A stretch of DNA of 64,000 nt from an uncultured delta proteobacterium (GCA_963699755.1 CAVOVB010000001.1:800001-864000), one strand, 5' to 3'; shown: positions 20,878 through 31,482, counted from the stretch's first letter. Notes: generated by a model from the letters alone, not told the origin. A program made the numbers and translations.

Positions 20878-23003
20878 CGCAGGAACTCGTCGACCGGGTC
20901 GTGAATCCCGCGTTTGATGAGCACTTCGCGGGACGACTCCGGGGACCAGCCAAGCCGCTCTCGCGTCTTGGTCGGGTCGAAGGTCGAGGCGAAGGTCCGC
21001 CCGCGCCAGTCCGAATAGGCCGGCCGAAGCTCCTGGCCAGCGAGGCGCTTGATCGCCCACTTTGCCATCGCCTCGCCATAGAGACGCGGCGCCGAGCTTG
21101 CCACCCTGCGGAGCTTGATCCGGGCGTGATGCTCGAGCTCATCCAGGTACTCGTTGGCTGTGATGCACGGGTCGCTCGCGAGATTAAACGACTCGCCTTC
21201 GATGCCGGGGACGTCCATAGCTCTGACCATTGCATCGGCGACATCCTCGACGAGCACGATCGGAAGCGGGTTGTTGCCATCACCATAAAGACGCGCCACC
21301 GAGGGGTACGGCCATGCGGCAATGCCCCAGTGCCGAGGCGGCCCGCCTTTGCCGAGCACGATGCCCGGCCGGAAGATCACCACAGGCAGGCCCGCAGACT
21401 TCCAAAGGCCGAGGAGCTGCGCTTCGTTTTCAGTCTTCGATCGCGCGTACACGTTCGCGCGCAACATCGACGAGACGGGCTTGGTGTCCTCGGTGATCGA
21501 TGCACCGGGTTTGCCGGCTTCGTAGATCGCGATCGAGGAGGCGTAGTAGAGTCGCTTGACGCCGGCCTCCAGACAGAGCTCAGCGACGCGGCGCGTCGGC
21601 TCGACGTCATACTTGAGATACTCCTCCCAAGTCTTGCCCGTTCCACGAGCCAGGTGGAAGACCTGCTCGATGCCCCTGAGCGCCTCCCGAATCGAATCTT
21701 GGTTGAGGAAGTTGCCTCGAAACAGCTCGACCCCGAGCTCGGCCAGATCAGAAGCGCTGCTCGGGTCACGGGCGAGCACCCGGACCCCGTAGCCCTCCTC
21801 TACGAGGCGCCGGACCAACGAGCGGCCGATGAAGCCGGTGCCTCCGATGACCAGAACGGTTGGCGTGCGCTCGACCGTAGCCGACGGCTCGTCTTCGGCC
21901 TGCGCGTCGGCTTCTTCGGCGGCGCTCAAGTCGGCTGATGCCGCGACCTTCTCGGCCAGCTCGACAGCAGCCAGACCCATCTGAGGGCTCACGCCCTCGT
22001 CGATGATGCCCCCGCGCGAGTCGTAAAAGGCACGCACAGCCCGGGCGATGCTTCGGCCGAACGGTTGGCCCTCCGCTTTGTTCACGCCGGCCTTCGCGAG
22101 AACGAACTTCGCGAGGGTACCGGTCGCTTGCACAAGCGCATCTTTGGCCGAAGAGCTGACATCGATGTAACGATCCACGTCGAGCAAGTGCGGCGAGTGT
22201 TCGTGGATGACGTAGGTGCTGCGTTCGAGATCCACGGTGGCCGACGCGACGCTGCCGCGGACGTGAATGTAGTGCTCCGGATACCCTTCGATGAACGAGA
22301 ATCGGATCCGCACGCTGGTATTGCCTGCCCAGCCCATGATCTCCCAGCGTCGAAAGAAGCGGAGTCCCCCAGGCAGGGTCACTGGATCGAAGGGCCGCGC
22401 CTCTACCGAGTCGAGCTCTCCGATCAGGTGGTGGCAGTGCGCAAACGAATGCGGCGCGACCTCGAAGAGAATATTCTGCGGAGCTTGGAGCATCCAGACG
22501 TTGAAGGGCCCGCCGGACAGTTGGCCGAGCTCCTTGTTCCAAACGATGTCGACCTGATCGACCTGCCCCAGGCGCCCCTGCCGGAGGTCGGAAACGAGAC
22601 GCTCGTACACTTCGTAGTAGAGGAAGTTGTGGCTCGTGCCGAAGGCGCGGCCTTGCTCGTCGGCGACCTGAGCGAGCTTGCGGCAAAGCTCCGATGAATG
22701 CGCCATGGGCTTTTCGACCAGCACGTCGACACCCCCGCGGAGGGCCTGCTCGACCGGATCGGCATGAAGATGCGGCGGCGTGAGCACGTGCAAGACGTCG
22801 ATCTGCTCGGCTTCGAGCAGCCTACCCAAGTCCGAGTACGCGGAGTCGATCCCGGCAGCCTCGGCAAATCGCTCGGCACGCCCGAGGTTCAGATCGCAAA
22901 CCGCACGAACGGTGACCCCTGGAACGGCTCGAGCAGCGTTCAAGTGATAGTCGGCGATGTACCCCGCGCCGACGATGGCTGCGGTGATTGGCGTTTCGTT
23001 CAT
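20874..23003 (-). CDS. Gfo/Idh/MocA oxidoreductase fused to an NAD-dependent epimerase/dehydratase
   Basis: N-terminal GAGYIA and EKPMA; C-terminal GGTGFIG and YARSK (YxxxK). Confidence 0.88.
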   Translation of the reverse strand: MNETPITAAIVGAGYIADYHLNAARAVPGVTVRAVCDLNLGRAERFAEAAGIDSAYSDLGRLLEAEQIDVLHVLTPPHLHADPVEQALRGGVDVLVEKPMAHSSELCRKLAQVADEQGRAFGTSHNFLYYEVYERLVSDLRQGRLGQVDQVDIVWNKELGQLSGGPFNVWMLQAPQNILFEVAPHSFAHCHHLIGELDSVEARPFDPVTLPGGLRFFRRWEIMGWAGNTSVRIRFSFIEGYPEHYIHVRGSVASATVDLERSTYVIHEHSPHLLDVDRYIDVSSSAKDALVQATGTLAKFVLAKAGVNKAEGQPFGRSIARAVRAFYDSRGGIIDEGVSPQMGLAAVELAEKVAASADLSAAEEADAQAEDEPSATVERTPTVLVIGGTGFIGRSLVRRLVEEGYGVRVLARDPSSASDLAELGVELFRGNFLNQDSIREALRGIEQVFHLARGTGKTWEEYLKYDVEPTRRVAELCLEAGVKRLYYASSIAIYEAGKPGASITEDTKPVSSMLRANVYARSKTENEAQLLGLWKSAGLPVVIFRPGIVLGKGGPPRHWGIAAWPYPSVARLYGDGNNPLPIVLVEDVADAMVRAMDVPGIEGESFNLASDPCITANEYLDELEHHARIKLRRVASSAPRLYGEAMAKWAIKRLAGQELRPAYSDWRGRTFASTFDPTKTRERLGWSPESSREVLIKRGIHDPVDEFLR

Positions 23004-24004
23004 TCCGTCCTCTTGTGCTCGATGATCTCGGGTGTACGTTCCCGCAAAGCGTCCAAGTGAAACCTAGCAACCCCGGCCGCCTCGGGAAATGACGAAAGGG
23101 CGCAGGAGACTCCCCAAGCAAGCGAGTGCGCCCAAGGAAAACCTCGCTTGCGCGTTTGCAGGGCCACGCGCGCGCCAACCACCGGGTAGCGGGCGAGCGC
23201 AAGGCAAGAGGCACCCAAGGTGGGCGGGGCCATCAGGAGCGCACCTACGGGCACGGCAAAGCCCCACAGCAGCGCTCTTCGCTTCTCGCGGACGAACTTT
23301 CGTTCCGGTGTCGTCGCACCGTGCATACCGGAGACCTGCGCATAGGCGTATCCCGTCCTTTTCTGGCGCCGCCACCACTGCCAAACGTGGTGCATGTCGA
23401 CGTCGTGGATCATGCTTTCGTAGTCGAGTCGAATGAGCTCGTAACCCTCTTTGCGGAGGCGCAGCGCAAGCTCATCATCCTCCGCAGCGATCACTTCGGG
23501 ATTCCAACCGCCGACTTTCTCGAGGGCATCCATTCGGATCATGACATTGCCCCCGAAGCTCGTCGTCGGTCCGACCGGACCGAGGTGCCATTCAACGTCG
23601 CAGATCTTGTTGTACACCGACTGTTCCGGATGCCGCTCCTTCAAGTAGCCGCAGACCGCTCCGACACTCGGGTGGGAGTCGAGCTCCGCGGTGGCGGTTT
23701 CAATCCAGTTGGAGTCGACCTCACAGTCGCCGTCGACGAACTGAACATACTTCAGCTCGGGGTGCTCCTCGCGCAGTCGCTCGAAGCCGGCGTTCCGGGC
23801 GCGCGCCGCCGTGAAAGGCTTGGACATATCGAGGTCGACCAGAACGGCGCCATGCTCGATCGCCCGATCGCAACTACCGTCGGTCGAGCCCGAGTCGACA
23901 TAGACCAGCGGTCTCGACCCATCGGAGACCGACTCGAGGGCACGCACGAGACGCTCGCCCTCGTTTCGACCGATCAGCACGACACCAGCCCGCGATTCGC
24001 CCAT
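23000..24004 (-). CDS. Glycosyltransferase family 2
   Basis: IGRNEGERL, VDSGSTDGS, FTAARARNAG, FVDGDC, AAEDDEL. Confidence 0.92.
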   Translation of the reverse strand: MGESRAGVVLIGRNEGERLVRALESVSDGSRPLVYVDSGSTDGSCDRAIEHGAVLVDLDMSKPFTAARARNAGFERLREEHPELKYVQFVDGDCEVDSNWIETATAELDSHPSVGAVCGYLKERHPEQSVYNKICDVEWHLGPVGPTTSFGGNVMIRMDALEKVGGWNPEVIAAEDDELALRLRKEGYELIRLDYESMIHDVDMHHVWQWWRRQKRTGYAYAQVSGMHGATTPERKFVREKRRALLWGFAVPVGALLMAPPTLGASCLALARYPVVGARVALQTRKRGFPWAHSLAWGVSCALSSFPEAAGVARFHLDALRERTPEIIEHKRTE

Positions 24005-24219
24005 GGGTCTCAAAATACTGATGAACGGGCCAGGAAAAAGGGGACCAACCCCTTTTTCTAAGTAGAGTCGTTTTTTGCTGATTTTCGACCTCCTGCCGAA
24101 GCTCACGGTGCGACCTCGAACCGTTCGCCCGCGAGAGCCGAATCGCTGGCCGCAGGGCGAAATAGAACGCCGGGTGGATCCGCTGATCCACCCGGCCTGT
24201 AGCAAGCAAGCTTGAGTCG

Positions 24220-27200
24220 CTAATTGCGCCTATAGCGACGAATCGCCAAGCCAAAACCAAGCATCAGTAAAAGAAGAGCACCCTTCGGTCCCCCTTGGCC
24301 AGGCGCCCCGATACTGCAACCAACGCCGCGTCCGCCCATAAGAAGGAGGCGGCCGGGGCCTTGCGGCTCACCGAGCTCTTCCAAGTAGTCCGGAACGCCG
24401 TTGCCGTTCTCGTCCCCTGCCTCGTCACCGTCGTCGGTGCCATCACCATCGCTGTCGGTGTCGAGCCAGTTGACCAGTCCATCGCCGTCCGGGTCATTGT
24501 CGCCGAGCGTGTTCGAATCCTCGAGCTCGACAGCCGTATCGATGCCGTCACCGTCATCGTCTTTGTCCAAGTAATTCGGCGTGCCATCGCCGTCCGTGTC
24601 GTCATCCGTCGGATCCGAATCCCCGTCTGGGCTCTCGTCCGCCGTGTCGATGCCGTCACCGTCATCGTCCTCGTCGTTGAAGTCCGGCGTCCCGTCCTCG
24701 TCCGTGTCCGGACAGCTCGAAGGCTGGAGTGGGCTTCCGGGCGCTGGGCATTCCACCGCATCGGGAATCCCGTCACCGTCGGAGTCGGGGACGTCGGACT
24801 CACGACGGCAGCTGCTGTTGCAGCCATCGCCATCGACCGCATTTCCGTCGTCACACTCCTCCCAGCCGGAGGCGAGGTCGATCACGCTGACCCTGTCGTC
24901 GCCGCAAACATCGAGGTAGTCGGGCCGTCCGTCGCCGTCGCTGTCCGGGCAACCGGCTCGAAAGTCCGGGCACTCGTCGAGCGTCGGCGCTCCGTCGTCG
25001 TCGTCGTCGGGGTCGAGGTAGTCGGGCGTGCCATCACGATCGGAATCCTCGTTCGTCGGGTCGCGGTCCCCGTCATAGTTTTCGTCGGCGGTGTCAATGC
25101 CGTCGTCGTCGTCGTCCGGGTCTTCGAAGTTGGGGTCCCCGTCGCCGTCCGTGTCGGGACAGCTCTCGGGGGTGCCAACCGGGTCACTGGGTGCCGGACA
25201 TTCGATGACATCGGGAATCCCGTCGCCATCGGTGTCCACAGGCGTATTGTCGGCATCTAGGTAGTCCGGCGTCCCGTCGTTGTCTCCGTCCGGACAAGGA
25301 GCGCCTGGATCGGTGCATTCGAACACCGTGTCCACGCCGTCGGCGTCATCGTCGGCGTCCTGGTAGTCGGGAACCGAGTCCCCGTCCGTGTCTTGGGTGG
25401 GCGCGCTGGTGCCGCCGTTGTCGGTGTCGAAGGCGTCGTCGAGGCCATCACCATCGGTGTCGAGGTCGAGCGGTGCCCGATCTGCGATGCCACTCATGTC
25501 CGCGTCGTGGCCTTCAACCGAGTCGACGATGCCGTCGCCGTCCGAGTCCTCGTCGAGGTAGTCGGGCGTGCCGTCCGAATCCGATGTCTCACAGCTCGTG
25601 CCCGTGCTGCACTCGACCACGTCGGTGATGCCATCGCCGTCGCTATCGATATCGCGGTGGTTTGGAACGCCGTCCCCATCCGCGTCACAGGCATCCGGAT
25701 TGACGCCGCATTCGGTCGCCGTCGGGATCCCGTCGTCGTCGTCGTCAGGATCCATGTAGTCCGGGCTTCCGTCGTCATCGGTGTCGACGCATCCCGCGAC
25801 GTTACCCGCGCATTCGACCTCGTCAGGGATCCCGTCCCCGTCCGTATCAGTTGGGAGATTGTCCGGGTCCAGGTAATCCGGTGTCCCGTCGCTATCGCCA
25901 TCGGGGCAGCCCGACAGGGCGTCGGGGCATTCGAAGGCCGAGCCAACGCCATCTCCATCGTCGTCCGGATCTCGATAGTCAGGCGTACCATCACCGTCGT
26001 GGTCCGGAAGCGTTGCGGGAACGCCGCCGGCCATGTCGAGGTCGTAGGCGTCATCGAGGCCGTCTTCGTCGTCATCCATGCCAAGCGGCGCGAAGTCAGG
26101 CTCGCCGTCGGCGTCGCCGTCATGGCCTTCAACCGCGTCCAAGATGCCGTCGTCGTCGGAGTCCGTGTCGAGGAAGTCGGGGGCGCCATCGCCATCCGAA
26201 TCTGCGCATGCGGTGGGGTTCTCGCACTCCACACGATCGGCTATTCCGTCGCCGTCGCTGTCTTCATCGATGTAGTCGGGCCGATCGTCGCCGTCGCGAT
26301 CTTGCCCCGTGGCGCCGATCCCGCCCTGATCGATGTCGAAGGCATCGTCGATACCGTCTCCATCGGCGTCCACGCCGCTCGGAACGGCCTCAGGCTGCCC
26401 ATCGGCATCGCCATCGAAGCCTTCGACGCGATCGAGCAAGCCGTCGTTGTCGCTGTCGGCGTCCAGGTAGTCGGGCGCGCCATCGCCATCACGGTCGGGC
26501 ACGGGCGCCACGATCCCGTCCGCAACGCAGGCTCCCGGCATGCCGGCACAATCCGCGTCGAAGGCGTCGTCGAGGCCATCACCGTCCTCGTCGTTGCTGA
26601 CCGAAACCGAATCCGCGATGCCGTCCGCGTCCGCGTCGTGTCCTTCGGTGCTATCCGGAAGGCCGTCTCCGTCGCTGTCGAGGTCCAGGTGGTTTGGCAG
26701 GCCGTCGCCATCCGCGTCCACATTCGTCGGCAGAGAGTCACAGATCCCGTCGGGCTCCGCGTCGCTGCAGGTCACCGCATCGGGGTCTGTATAGTCTGGG
26801 ACGCCATCGCCATCATCGTCGAGCGACCAATCGGTGCCGTCGCCTTCCTCGGTGTCGACGATGCCGTCGGCGTCATCGTCGATGTCGACGTCGTCGCGGA
26901 TCCCATCGCGATCGCTGTCCGGGTAGTCACAGGCATCGTCATCGGTGCAGACCTTGAGACCAGGGCAGTCCTCGTCCGAGAGACATTCGACGCAGGCACC
27001 GCCAGCGACCGAGGTGTCACAAAGAGCCATCCCTGCCGCGGTGCAGCCACTGTCCATCGCGCCGCCGCTCATGTCGTCGAGGCACAAGACGCAGGCACTT
27101 CCCGCCGCGCCGGTCGCCCCGTTGCAGACGGGCAGTGCCGGGTTCGTGCAGCCCTCGTCCGGATTCGCTCCGGCCTGGTCGTTGACGCAGGCCACGCAGG

Positions 27201-29328
27201 CGCCCGGGCTCGACACCGAGGTGTCGCAAACCGCCGCATTGCTGTCGGGGCAGTCGGAATCGTCGAAGCAGCCGGCAACACAGCTGTCCGTCGCTACATC
27301 ACAAGCGTCGCCGGAGCCGCAGTCGGCAGATTCGGTGCAGTCGACGCAGATCGGATTGCTCCCGCTCTCGTCGCAGGCATTGTCACCGCCCGAGCAACCG
27401 ACGTCGGTCGCTCCCGAGCCGCTATCCACGCATCCCGCAACGCAGAGCGGAAACACACCGCTCGCGTCGCAGTAAGGGGCGACGCCCCCACATCCGGCGT
27501 CGATATTCGTTCCAGTCTGGTCATCGAAGCAGACGACACAGCCCAATCCGCCGGCGTCGCACTGACCGGTGGCGCACTCCGAGCCGAGCGTACAGCCCGA
27601 GCCTTCTTCGAGGAGGCAGATGCTATTGCAGCCATCGAGGGCGTCGGTATTGCCGTCGTCGCAAGCCTCGCCCGATTCGACCGTGCCGTTGCCGCAGGTG
27701 TCGGCTGGCTCGCAGACCGCTGGAACCTCGTTGAGATCGCAGACGCCGCTCGCGCACTCGGCACCGGCCGCGCAGCTCTCATCGAGCTCTTTCAAGCAGC
27801 TGTCGTCGCAGCCGTCGCCAGTGGCCGTCCCGCCATCGTCGCAACCTTCCCCTGATTCGACAGCGCCGTTTCCACAGATGTCGGCGGGCTCGCAGCTGTT
27901 GCTTCCAAGGGTATCGCAAACGCTGCTCTCGCACTGGGCGCTTGCGGTGCAGGCCTCATCGTCTTCGAGCAAGCAGGTGGTTCCGCAGCCATCGCCGGCG
28001 TCAGTCGAGCCATCGTCGCAGGCTTCCCCCCCCTCGACCTTGCTGTTGCCGCAGCTGCCCGCCGCCTCGCAGACGGGCGGAAGCTCCGTGGAATCGCAGA
28101 CCCCGCTCTCGCACTCCCCATCGTCGGTGCAACCCTCGAAGTCCTCGAAGAGGCAGTTCGGGCTACAGCCGTCGCCCGACGCCGTGTTGCCATCATCACA
28201 GGCTTCACCCACCTCCCGTTTTCCGTTGCCGCAAACCGGTTCGGTGAAGAGCACCAAGGGACAGGTGCCCGTGATGTTTTGGGCGTTGGTGAAGTTCACC
28301 TGCATGAACGTCGTCGTGCCGCTGTCCGAGATCTGTGGCGTCCAGCTGAACGTCGTGTTGAAGGGGCTCGCGCCGCTCGTTCCCTCGGCGGGGTTGAACG
28401 TCGCGGTGGTGGGCTTTCCGGTCACGCTGAGCGTGAGGTTGTTGCCAGGGTCCGTGGCGCTCAGGACCTGCGAAAACGGAACACCGATCGGCAAGGTGAA
28501 GACGCCGCCGTCGGGACAAGTCGGGACGGGTTCAGACACGATCTCGACGAGAAGGTCGAGCGCCGTTCTGCTCGCCAAGGGCGGAGACCCGTGCGTCGAT
28601 TCGAGAACGACGTGAACGACATATTGCTGGCCGCCGACCGCGTTGGTCAGATCCCAGGTCATGCGGCATTCGTTGGGACTTGGCGTCGTCACGGAGGGCT
28701 GTGCCCCACCGTTCGGGACGGTTGGAAGCTCTTGCCCGGCGGGCAGGCCAGATTCCGCGCTCGTCGCGAAGCGACAGCTGACCGGATCACCGTCGGCGTC
28801 GAACGTCAGAAAGTCATGGGTGCGGACCCCTCCACGCTCCAACTGCACGATGGCCGTGGACCCGGTAGCAAGTGGCGCCGTATTGCCGTCGCCGAGGCCG
28901 ACGGTAGCCTCCACGCGAAAGTTGGCGTTGGCGCCGTTCTCGAGCCCTGCGACACGACAGCAGGAATTGAAGAACGCCGTGTACTCTCCCTCGCCTGGGT
29001 AGTCGTGCGTCACGACGTACTGACTCGTGCTGTACGCGTTGCCGACGGTGTCGACCCCGCTTCCTATCACCGTGCCGAGAACGGGGCCGTTCGAGGTGCC
29101 GTCACCGAAGTTGAGGTTGGTGCTGTCGAGCGCTCCGTCCCGCCAACTGGTGGTCACGGTGAACTCGACGCGAAGCGGAAAATTATCCGGATCGGGCGTT
29201 CGCCAGTTGATCGTTCCGTGGCGGAAGTGGCTTGCGCTGGCGTCAGCCGACCAACCCCAGGTGCAAGCCAGTGCGACACATGCGACGAGCGCGTGATTCA
29301 AGACTCTATTTCCCACAGCTTCCTCCAA
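24220..29328 (-). CDS. Giant secreted Cys/Asp-rich surface protein (myxococcal Cys-rich repeats, TSP3-like repeats, MYXO-CTERM)
   Basis: Signal peptide, SHFRHGTI.W N-domain, CGNG..E.GE.CDDG repeats, many DxDxDGxPDxxDxDxDxDG repeats, C-terminal GCS..TM..RRYRR. Start may instead be GTG 29316. Confidence 0.88.
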   Translation of the reverse strand: MEEAVGNRVLNHALVACVALACTWGWSADASASHFRHGTINWRTPDPDNFPLRVEFTVTTSWRDGALDSTNLNFGDGTSNGPVLGTVIGSGVDTVGNAYSTSQYVVTHDYPGEGEYTAFFNSCCRVAGLENGANANFRVEATVGLGDGNTAPLATGSTAIVQLERGGVRTHDFLTFDADGDPVSCRFATSAESGLPAGQELPTVPNGGAQPSVTTPSPNECRMTWDLTNAVGGQQYVVHVVLESTHGSPPLASRTALDLLVEIVSEPVPTCPDGGVFTLPIGVPFSQVLSATDPGNNLTLSVTGKPTTATFNPAEGTSGASPFNTTFSWTPQISDSGTTTFMQVNFTNAQNITGTCPLVLFTEPVCGNGKREVGEACDDGNTASGDGCSPNCLFEDFEGCTDDGECESGVCDSTELPPVCEAAGSCGNSKVEGGEACDDGSTDAGDGCGTTCLLEDDEACTASAQCESSVCDTLGSNSCEPADICGNGAVESGEGCDDGGTATGDGCDDSCLKELDESCAAGAECASGVCDLNEVPAVCEPADTCGNGTVESGEACDDGNTDALDGCNSICLLEEGSGCTLGSECATGQCDAGGLGCVVCFDDQTGTNIDAGCGGVAPYCDASGVFPLCVAGCVDSGSGATDVGCSGGDNACDESGSNPICVDCTESADCGSGDACDVATDSCVAGCFDDSDCPDSNAAVCDTSVSSPGACVACVNDQAGANPDEGCTNPALPVCNGATGAAGSACVLCLDDMSGGAMDSGCTAAGMALCDTSVAGGACVECLSDEDCPGLKVCTDDDACDYPDSDRDGIRDDVDIDDDADGIVDTEEGDGTDWSLDDDGDGVPDYTDPDAVTCSDAEPDGICDSLPTNVDADGDGLPNHLDLDSDGDGLPDSTEGHDADADGIADSVSVSNDEDGDGLDDAFDADCAGMPGACVADGIVAPVPDRDGDGAPDYLDADSDNDGLLDRVEGFDGDADGQPEAVPSGVDADGDGIDDAFDIDQGGIGATGQDRDGDDRPDYIDEDSDGDGIADRVECENPTACADSDGDGAPDFLDTDSDDDGILDAVEGHDGDADGEPDFAPLGMDDDEDGLDDAYDLDMAGGVPATLPDHDGDGTPDYRDPDDDGDGVGSAFECPDALSGCPDGDSDGTPDYLDPDNLPTDTDGDGIPDEVECAGNVAGCVDTDDDGSPDYMDPDDDDDGIPTATECGVNPDACDADGDGVPNHRDIDSDGDGITDVVECSTGTSCETSDSDGTPDYLDEDSDGDGIVDSVEGHDADMSGIADRAPLDLDTDGDGLDDAFDTDNGGTSAPTQDTDGDSVPDYQDADDDADGVDTVFECTDPGAPCPDGDNDGTPDYLDADNTPVDTDGDGIPDVIECPAPSDPVGTPESCPDTDGDGDPNFEDPDDDDDGIDTADENYDGDRDPTNEDSDRDGTPDYLDPDDDDDGAPTLDECPDFRAGCPDSDGDGRPDYLDVCGDDRVSVIDLASGWEECDDGNAVDGDGCNSSCRRESDVPDSDGDGIPDAVECPAPGSPLQPSSCPDTDEDGTPDFNDEDDDGDGIDTADESPDGDSDPTDDDTDGDGTPNYLDKDDDGDGIDTAVELEDSNTLGDNDPDGDGLVNWLDTDSDGDGTDDGDEAGDENGNGVPDYLEELGEPQGPGRLLLMGGRGVGCSIGAPGQGGPKGALLLLMLGFGLAIRRYRRN

Positions 29329-29396
29329 AACAACTCGCCGAGGCCCCGACCAGCGGCGAGAGACTTGTATAGCTTATTGCTGTGTAACTAGAAAAA

Positions 29397-31385
29397 TCAA
29401 GTATTTGTGGGTGCTGCTCGTCGCCAAATGAGGCCCACCGCACAGACGAGCAGGAGCCAGGCTTCTCTTGGCGCCGATGACTCACCCATAGGGCTTGCCT
29501 CGCAGCGAGATCCGGAGACGGGCGCCGCCGGCACGGGCGGGCGGGAGCGTGGCGGAGCCTGTTCGGGCCCGAGACAGCGTCGGCCGTCCGTGTCTTGCAC
29601 GCAGCGAGGAGTCTCGGAGCTGCAGCCAGAGTCGAGGGAGTCATCGGCCTCGTCGTCGACGCAGTACACGCAGCGCCTGAATACCAGATCACAGATCGGT
29701 TCGGGCATGGAGCAATCGGCTCCGCTGGCGCAGGCACCCGGCCCCGGGGCTTCAGGATTGAGATCCAACGAGTCGGAGAGCTCGGACGTGTGTCCCGCGA
29801 CGGTGGCAGTCAGCACGATCAAATCGACCGACTCCTCAATCGGAAGCGTCAGCGCGAAGGCTGCTTCGTTGTGCTCGCTGCACGCATCCGAAGCGTCACC
29901 GTCTTCTTCGCTGCCCTCGACCGCACTCGCGAGGGGCCGTAGGGTTCCCGGCGTTCCACCCGGAACCGTGAGCGCCTCGTACACGTCGATGACCGCGCCA
30001 GGTGAAACGCATGCGTGGATGTGCAGCTCGCCGGGCTCCAGCTCGAAACCGGTGACTTCGGGATAGTTCGTCGGCAGCAATTCGTCCGACACGTCATTGT
30101 CGGTACGGCCCGTGGGCCCAGCGTCGATTGCTAGGCCTTCGTTCAGAAAAAGGGCGTTTCCCTGAACCAGTGCAGTGCCGTCCATCGCGCGGATTCCGAC
30201 GCCTCCGTTGTGTGCGATCAGGTTGCCTTGGTTTGGATTCTCGCTACCGATCAGCGCGTCGGAGCACCCCGATTCGAGGTGGATCCCGTCCCCTTCATTA
30301 GGGAGAACATCACCTTTCGCGATATCGACTCCGATCAGATTGCGCTTCATGGTCAGGGGGCCGAGCGTGCCGTCTAGACAGGAAATTCCATGCCCTGCAT
30401 TGGCCGAGATGACGTTGTCGAAGATGATCATTCCGTCCGAATCCGAGCCAATCGTGAGCCCGGGGCCCGCGTTGCCGAGCCCTAACCGGCCGGTGGCATC
30501 GACACCGATCTTGTTCCTCTCTACCGAAGTCCCGGTCACATTCCTCAGACGAATTCCGCCTCCAAGATTCGAGGCGATCGCGTTGTCCCAGACTTCGCTC
30601 CGATCGGAACTGTCGATGTCGACGGCAAACGCGAGCGGGTTCTCGAGGGCGTTTGGCCGTGCTTCGAGCCCCGCTGGATCGAGGCCGATATAGTTGCCAT
30701 GAAAAACGAGATTGTCCGACCTCTCGACGAGAACCGCTTCGGCACCGGCCCCGGAGATGAGATTTCGCGAGAGCTCGTCCGGACCTCCGATCCTCGGTCG
30801 GTACGTGTCTCGGACGTGGATCGCATGGGACCCAAAAGCCGGCTCGCTCGAACCGGGGGGCATGGCTTCGCCCGTGAGAGGATGGACGCCGAGGTAGCAG
30901 CCTCGGACCAGGAGGTAGTCGGCGCTCTCTGCGTCGATGCCGGAGACCGCAGCGTTCGTGATGGCGATCGCGAGAACGAGGGTATTCTCAGCACGAACGC
31001 GGAGCACTTCGTCGACCCCGTCTCCGTCGACGATGATCACTGGCAGGTGCTCCGTTCCAACGATGTACCGTGGCTCCGTGCTACCATTGATGATCAGGCT
31101 TTCCGTGATCGACGGAAGCGGACTCTCGAGGAGAATCGTAAAGGGCGGAACTTCGATTTCCCCGAAATCGAAGGCGATGACGTCCGGTGCATCGGGATGA
31201 TCGTTGATCAGCACGTTGGCGGTATCGATAGCCTCGCGGAGGCTGCAGTCTCCCACCGGCGGCTCGTCGCAACTTCCGTCGTCCGTGTCGGCCGTCGTGT
31301 TGACGACGAAGTAACCGTGAGCATTGGCCGTCTGGTTCCATCCAGAAACCAAGACCAGCGAGGCAAGGGCCAAGACAAACCGCAT
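29397..31385 (-). CDS. CSLREA-domain parallel beta-helix surface protein with MYXO-CTERM-like tail
   Basis: VNTTAD..DG.C....DCSLREAI, N.IG.D..G beta-helix repeats, C-terminal C..TM..RR. Confidence 0.88.
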   Translation of the reverse strand: MRFVLALASLVLVSGWNQTANAHGYFVVNTTADTDDGSCDEPPVGDCSLREAIDTANVLINDHPDAPDVIAFDFGEIEVPPFTILLESPLPSITESLIINGSTEPRYIVGTEHLPVIIVDGDGVDEVLRVRAENTLVLAIAITNAAVSGIDAESADYLLVRGCYLGVHPLTGEAMPPGSSEPAFGSHAIHVRDTYRPRIGGPDELSRNLISGAGAEAVLVERSDNLVFHGNYIGLDPAGLEARPNALENPLAFAVDIDSSDRSEVWDNAIASNLGGGIRLRNVTGTSVERNKIGVDATGRLGLGNAGPGLTIGSDSDGMIIFDNVISANAGHGISCLDGTLGPLTMKRNLIGVDIAKGDVLPNEGDGIHLESGCSDALIGSENPNQGNLIAHNGGVGIRAMDGTALVQGNALFLNEGLAIDAGPTGRTDNDVSDELLPTNYPEVTGFELEPGELHIHACVSPGAVIDVYEALTVPGGTPGTLRPLASAVEGSEEDGDASDACSEHNEAAFALTLPIEESVDLIVLTATVAGHTSELSDSLDLNPEAPGPGACASGADCSMPEPICDLVFRRCVYCVDDEADDSLDSGCSSETPRCVQDTDGRRCLGPEQAPPRSRPPVPAAPVSGSRCEASPMGESSAPREAWLLLVCAVGLIWRRAAPTNT

Positions 31386-31482
31386 CGCATTCCCCCCCAA
31401 CCGAGCGCGCGAAGCACCTCGGCGGAACGCTTAGACTCTAGAGGAATTGATAGACCCACCCCAAACGCCGGGGAGCTCGCCC

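Noticed and set aside
24400..26930. Recurrent DNA motifs (GTAGTCGGGCG.., CCGTCGCCGTC) resembling an array
   Set aside because: Degenerate, in-frame coding repeats of the Asp-rich protein; no constant repeat/unique spacer pattern and no cas genes, so not CRISPR.
25393..27855. 820-aa + strand ORF and other long antisense ORFs (e.g. 51166-53013, 19528-21060, 17683-18915)
   Set aside because: Shadow frames of high-GC genes on the opposite strand with no motifs.
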